From: an uncultured Methanolobus sp.
Lineage (GTDB): Archaea; Halobacteriota; Methanosarcinia; Methanosarcinales; Methanosarcinaceae
DNA: 64,000 nt
Direction of reading: 5' to 3'
Assembly (NCBI GenBank): GCA_963675495.1
Contig: OY776215.1
Location: 2,016,001-2,080,000 of the forward strand
Positions 59,693 to 64,000 of the stretch are shown piece by piece. Positions within the stretch are counted from its first letter, which is position 1. Every line of letters begins with the position of its first letter. The notes under the pieces are model-generated. The model had not been told where the DNA came from. It worked only from the letters and a program-made list of their open reading frames with translations, and did not search any database. A program made the translations under genes and the position numbers.

Positions 59693-62164
59693 GTGACAGA
59701 CACAAAAAAGGTTTATTTTGAATTCGATTCACGTATACTAACTCAATTGGGTGAAAAACTTGTTCCAAACAAAGCTGTCGCTTTAGCTGAATTAGTCAAA
59801 AATTCATATGATGCTGATGCAACAAAGGTCACAATTAGAGGGCGAGACCTTAGATATCCTGGTGGAACAATAATTGTTGAAGATGATGGATTAGGGATTC
59901 AAGAAGCAAGATTTCAAAACACTTGGATGAGAGTTGCAACTCTTGAAAAAGATGCAAACCCATTTTCGAAAAAATATAGAAGGCAGCGAGCAGGAGAGAA
60001 AGGGATTGGACGTTTTGCCTGCAGAAGACTATCAAGTAAATTGAGATTGATTTCTGTTTCTGAAACTAAAAACGGAGAAAAAGAAAAAATAAATGTTATC
60101 TTTAGATGGGATGATTTTTTACCTGGATCTGATGCTGATAAAGTCGGAAGTGACTTGACAAAAGAAAACGTCGACAAAGATACACCTACTGGAACAAAAC
60201 TAATTTTGGAAAATGTTTATGATGCATGGGATGGAAGAAACATAATAAAACTTAAAAATGAATTAAGTGATTTATTTGCCCCAGCTTCATATAGGAATAC
60301 TGTTGGCGAAACTGACCCTAGTTTTAATGTTAATTTTGATATTCCTGAGTTTGCGGGTGGAGTCATCTCAACGGATAAGCAATTTTTTGGCAGTGCTTGG
60401 GCTAAAGTCACTGGTCGCATAAATGAAAATGGTGTTGCAACTTATGATATCAAAGTTCTCAACAAAATTATAAAAAAAGTCAGCCAAACGTTTGAAAAGT
60501 CAGACTCTTTTGAAAATATAAAAAATATCACATTTGAAGCATATATATTTTCATATCGATCCGACCTTTTTAGAAATTCAGACTGGAAAATGGACAAGGT
60601 TAGAAAACTGAATTTGGAAAAGGGTGGAATCAAAGTATATGCCGATCAATTTAGGGTTTTTGGGTATGGAGGAGAAGGAGATGACTGGTTATCTTTAAAC
60701 TATGATCGTTCTAGATCATTAGCTTCCTTGGACAAAGAAATTAACCAATATTCAATGGATGAGCGTCCTGGATTGAGACTATTTAGAAATCAAAACATAT
60801 TTGGACATGTTATTTTCGGAAGGAACGATAATCCAAATTTGGAAATAACAATTAATAGAGATCGATTGCTAGAAAATAATTCATTTGAGGAACTGAGAAA
60901 ATTTGCGAGGCTAGCCATCGATTTTGCTACTGTTGTATACTCAAATGAACTTTCCAGAGAGCAAGAAATCATAAATATCGAGAAAAAAAGGGAAGAAGAA
61001 GAAAGAAGAAAAAGGGAGGAAGAAGAAAGAAAAAAAAGGGAAGAGGAGAAGCGCAGGGCTGAAGAAGAAAGAAAAAGAGCCGAAGAGCGAATTAGAAAAG
61101 CAGAAGAAGAAAGAAGAAAAGCTGAAGAACGCGCAAGGAGAGCTGAAGAAGAGAGGAGAAAAGCTGAAGAAAAAAGAAGAAAAGCTGAAGAAGAAATCCT
61201 CGATGCATTAGAAGGGCGATATAGGGACAATTTAAATAGTGCTCTTGACGAAGAAAGTGAGGCGAGAAAAAAAGAAGAAGAAGAAAAAAAGAAAGCAGAA
61301 GAAGAGAAGAGAAAAGCTGAAGCGGAAAGGAGAAAAGCTGAAGAAGAGAAAAGAAAGGAAGAAGAAAAAATAAGAAAAGAAAAGGAAGAAGAAAGGAGAA
61401 AAGAAGAAGAAAGATTTAAAAAAGAAAAAGAGAAAATTGAATTAGAAAAATCTCAATTGAAAGTTTTAGCTTCAACAGGCACCTTGGTTTTAATTTTAGA
61501 GCATGAAATGCAAGGTCTAATTAACGATATGGAAGCAATGATTCATAATTTTTCGTCTGCAATACAGAGTTTACCTGAAACTAAACAGGAAATATATCAA
61601 AAGAATCTCGAGTCTTTTTCTAATAGAACTGAGATGGTTCAAGAATTTGGAAAGTTCTTGGGTTTGACTGTTATTGGAAAAGGAAAATTAGAGAAAAAAG
61701 AATGGGTCCTTTACCCAGTCGTAAATAAAGTATACAAACCATTTGAGTGGTATTTTAAGAAGAAAAGCATTGATTTTGAGAACTCAATCCCTGAATATAT
61801 AAGAATGCCAAGCATGTATGGCTCTGAACTAGTCTCTATCCTTCATAATCTCATGTCAAATTCACTTAAAGCTGTTAAAGGCACACAAGATCGGAGAATA
61901 AAAATTATAGCATATGAGGATGATGTAAATCTTAACATCCATTTCCTTGACTCTGGAAAAGGATTAGATGAAGCATATTGGGAAGAAGTATTTCTTCCTT
62001 TTGTAAGTTACAGTGAACCAGATACAAGATTTGGAGTCGGAACTGGGTTAGGGCTAAAATTAGTAAAAGACTTTGTAGAATCTTACGATGGAACCATACA
62101 ATTTATTGCCCCTCCTGAGAATTGGAATACTTGTATTGCTATCTCATTTCCACTAGAGGAATAA
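59693..62164 (+). CDS. MORC-like GHKL ATPase fused through a charged helix to a histidine kinase
   Basis: AELVKNSYDADA, EDDGLG, GEKGIGRFA, GTKLIL; then H-box LEHEM, NLMSNSLKA, DSGKG, GTGLGL. Confidence 0.88.
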   Translation: MTDTKKVYFEFDSRILTQLGEKLVPNKAVALAELVKNSYDADATKVTIRGRDLRYPGGTIIVEDDGLGIQEARFQNTWMRVATLEKDANPFSKKYRRQRAGEKGIGRFACRRLSSKLRLISVSETKNGEKEKINVIFRWDDFLPGSDADKVGSDLTKENVDKDTPTGTKLILENVYDAWDGRNIIKLKNELSDLFAPASYRNTVGETDPSFNVNFDIPEFAGGVISTDKQFFGSAWAKVTGRINENGVATYDIKVLNKIIKKVSQTFEKSDSFENIKNITFEAYIFSYRSDLFRNSDWKMDKVRKLNLEKGGIKVYADQFRVFGYGGEGDDWLSLNYDRSRSLASLDKEINQYSMDERPGLRLFRNQNIFGHVIFGRNDNPNLEITINRDRLLENNSFEELRKFARLAIDFATVVYSNELSREQEIINIEKKREEEERRKREEEERKKREEEKRRAEEERKRAEERIRKAEEERRKAEERARRAEEERRKAEEKRRKAEEEILDALEGRYRDNLNSALDEESEARKKEEEEKKKAEEEKRKAEAERRKAEEEKRKEEEKIRKEKEEERRKEEERFKKEKEKIELEKSQLKVLASTGTLVLILEHEMQGLINDMEAMIHNFSSAIQSLPETKQEIYQKNLESFSNRTEMVQEFGKFLGLTVIGKGKLEKKEWVLYPVVNKVYKPFEWYFKKKSIDFENSIPEYIRMPSMYGSELVSILHNLMSNSLKAVKGTQDRRIKIIAYEDDVNLNIHFLDSGKGLDEAYWEEVFLPFVSYSEPDTRFGVGTGLGLKLVKDFVESYDGTIQFIAPPENWNTCIAISFPLEE
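60980..61447 (+). repeat. Purine-rich 21-nt (AEEERRK) coding repeats
   Basis: Degenerate gctgaagaagaaagaagaaaa units in two blocks. Confidence 0.9.
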
Positions 62165-62167
62165 AAT

Positions 62168-63280
62168 ATGACAATAAAGACCCTCTACATAGATGACGAA
62201 GAAATTGATCTAGCAAGAAATAAAGACTATTTTGAAACATACGCAGATAATCGCTTTGAATTAGTAACTTGTAGACCTTTTGATTTGTCTGAGGTTTATA
62301 GGTGCATAAATACCTGCTCACCGGAATTAATTTTAGTGGATCTTGATTTAAGTTCTGCTGATGAGAATGATCATGTAATTGGGCTCAATGGTTTAACCTT
62401 AATGACAGAAATCAGACAAAATTTCCAGGGAATTCCTCTTGTTCTTTTCACTAAAAAAAGTCTGTTTGAAAGTGATATCTTACCAGTTCCTGAAAGCTTA
62501 CTTTACACTATTGATCTAATTGTGTATAAAGAACAGGTGTCCAAGCATGATCCTACATTATTAGATGAATTGTACAGTCTTGCTAATGGATATCATATAT
62601 TGAGAGAACATAGCGAACTTAATTGGGAAAAAGTTCTTGAATTATTGGGAGCTGATGAAGAAGATTATGATGACATAAAAGCATCCTCACCTCCTGGGTT
62701 ATTAACAAATGTCTCTCTTTATTCAACTATTGAAATTTCAAAATGGATAAGAAAAATATTACTCCAATTTCCAGGAATTATATATGACTCATTGCATGCT
62801 GCGACTTTCTTAGGTATTTCTGAAAAGGAGTTTTTAACAGAAGAAATCCAACGTCATTTTTCAGAAGCAGAATATTCAGGATTATTTTCTACTCCGGAAC
62901 TTAAAAAATACTGGTGGAAATCGAAGCTATCCAAGATTGCCTACACAGGCATGAACGATGACGAATCAAGGATTCCACTCCGCAAAGCCTTCCCTACTGT
63001 TTGGGAAAGAATGAATTGTAGTGAGTTAGAAAAAGCAAAATGTGTCTGTAGTGGAGAGTTTCCAGCAGAATGGGTATGTTATATTCTCAAAAAACCAGTG
63101 ATGTTAAAATATTCACTTTTGTACCACCCAGATTCAAGGCCAGAAATAATGGATGAAGCAAGAGTTTCATTTAAAGCAGTTATTACTTCAAATGAAATTA
63201 ATGATGATTTAATTGATTCTATGTCAAAAGATACATTAAAAAATATTAGGCGCAGTGGGGGAAAATACTGTGGAGATTAA
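62168..63280 (+). CDS. Receiver-domain protein with unknown C-terminal domain
   Basis: LYIDDE, LILVDLDL, NG..L...IR, LFT, YK; 3 nt after the kinase stop. Confidence 0.85.
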   Translation: MTIKTLYIDDEEIDLARNKDYFETYADNRFELVTCRPFDLSEVYRCINTCSPELILVDLDLSSADENDHVIGLNGLTLMTEIRQNFQGIPLVLFTKKSLFESDILPVPESLLYTIDLIVYKEQVSKHDPTLLDELYSLANGYHILREHSELNWEKVLELLGADEEDYDDIKASSPPGLLTNVSLYSTIEISKWIRKILLQFPGIIYDSLHAATFLGISEKEFLTEEIQRHFSEAEYSGLFSTPELKKYWWKSKLSKIAYTGMNDDESRIPLRKAFPTVWERMNCSELEKAKCVCSGEFPAEWVCYILKKPVMLKYSLLYHPDSRPEIMDEARVSFKAVITSNEINDDLIDSMSKDTLKNIRRSGGKYCGD

Positions 63281-64000
63281 AGAATATCCCAAAAATCTAA
63301 ATCTGTTAGCGAAAAATAAACATTTATTTAGATTTTTTGATGGCCGCAGTCGATCAATGTTAATAAAGCAAGCAGATGATTTAGCTAACGCATTAAATAG
63401 AAGTGGAGCTACTAATCCTTGTTGGAGTTTTTGTATTCCAAGAGATACGCCCTTTGAGTTCATTCAGAATAATGGATTACAAGTTGACATTTCTTGTATA
63501 ATCGAAGGGAAAGGCAACAATATATCAAAGCAAAATTTTGAGATAAGAATTTGGTCACTGGACGAAAACTTAAGCTACAGAGAAGGAATTGATTCTCCAG
63601 AGCTTAGAGCTGAATTGGAACAATCTAGCTGGAAAAGAGTAGTTTCTCGTTTTCATTTTGATTTACGAGTAGATGACAGCGGAATGGAGGATAACGAAGA
63701 GAAAAGAAAAAAGAAAAAGAATAAAATTCCAGAGCCTATTTGTCATCTACAAGTGGGTGGTGATTCTGGCAGTTTTGTAACAAATGGTTACCAAGACATC
63801 AAAGAAAACTGCTGGCACCCTAAAAAAGTAGCAGTCCCTCGATTTTTCCATCTACCTTTTGATATGATACTTATATGCGAGTTTATACTAGTTAATTTCT
63901 TTCCAAATGAAACAGAAGATTTGCGCAAAAGAGACGAATGGATTCAATTGGTCAAAGATAGTGAAGAATTGTTTTTTAAACCCTATCTTGAAATGTATAT
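63270..64000 (+). CDS. Hypothetical protein, runs off window end (not in ORF track)
   Basis: GTG 63270 overlaps the receiver gene end; 243 sense codons to the window end: MEIKEYPKN...RFHFD...CHLQVGG...VPRFFHLPFD..L..EF.LVNFF. Confidence 0.85.
   Translation, partial: MEIKEYPKNLNLLAKNKHLFRFFDGRSRSMLIKQADDLANALNRSGATNPCWSFCIPRDTPFEFIQNNGLQVDISCIIEGKGNNISKQNFEIRIWSLDENLSYREGIDSPELRAELEQSSWKRVVSRFHFDLRVDDSGMEDNEEKRKKKKNKIPEPICHLQVGGDSGSFVTNGYQDIKENCWHPKKVAVPRFFHLPFDMILICEFILVNFFPNETEDLRKRDEWIQLVKDSEELFFKPYLEMY

Larger units (their letters stand above)
59468..64000. mobile_element. Left end of probable genomic island at tRNA-Gly 3' end
   Basis: Visible shift to AT-rich, TTA/AGA-rich codons immediately after the tRNA; conflict-type genes; no integrase or second att site in the window. 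Confidence 0.55.

Noticed and set aside
60980-61447. Purine repeat as CRISPR or non-coding satellite
   Set aside because: In-frame, degenerate, no spacers; it is a coding helix repeat

Overview
A 64 kb stretch of a methanogenic archaeal chromosome, family Methanosarcinaceae (mer, fpoF, corrinoid protein, PGF-CTERM proteins; Methanolobus-like by inference). Most of it is core or housekeeping: iscS/iscU, nreA, pit, purC, nikR, a Ca-type P-ATPase, two oxidative-stress/redox clusters (one with a sortase-tagged pentaheme cytochrome c), mer-fpoF-nadM, an ArsR-ArsM fusion, cysS, trpDFEG, feoABC, the cbi cluster, ccdA-trx and a riboflavin reductase. Two tRNA genes are present, Cys-GCA and Gly-CCC. 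After tRNA-Gly an AT-rich probable island begins. It encodes a MORC-type GHKL ATPase fused through a long E/R/K helix to a histidine kinase, a receiver protein, and a third ORF that the ORF track misses because it runs off the window. The other main observations are a non-canonical tRNA-Cys (A37, and A at position 73 or an extended acceptor stem) just upstream of cysS, a duplicated 16-bp hairpin with a C-rich loop, a GUGGGA-loop sRNA candidate, an apparent ATA start for cbiG, and an IscU lacking its first cysteine. All family calls come from motif recognition only; no database searches were run.
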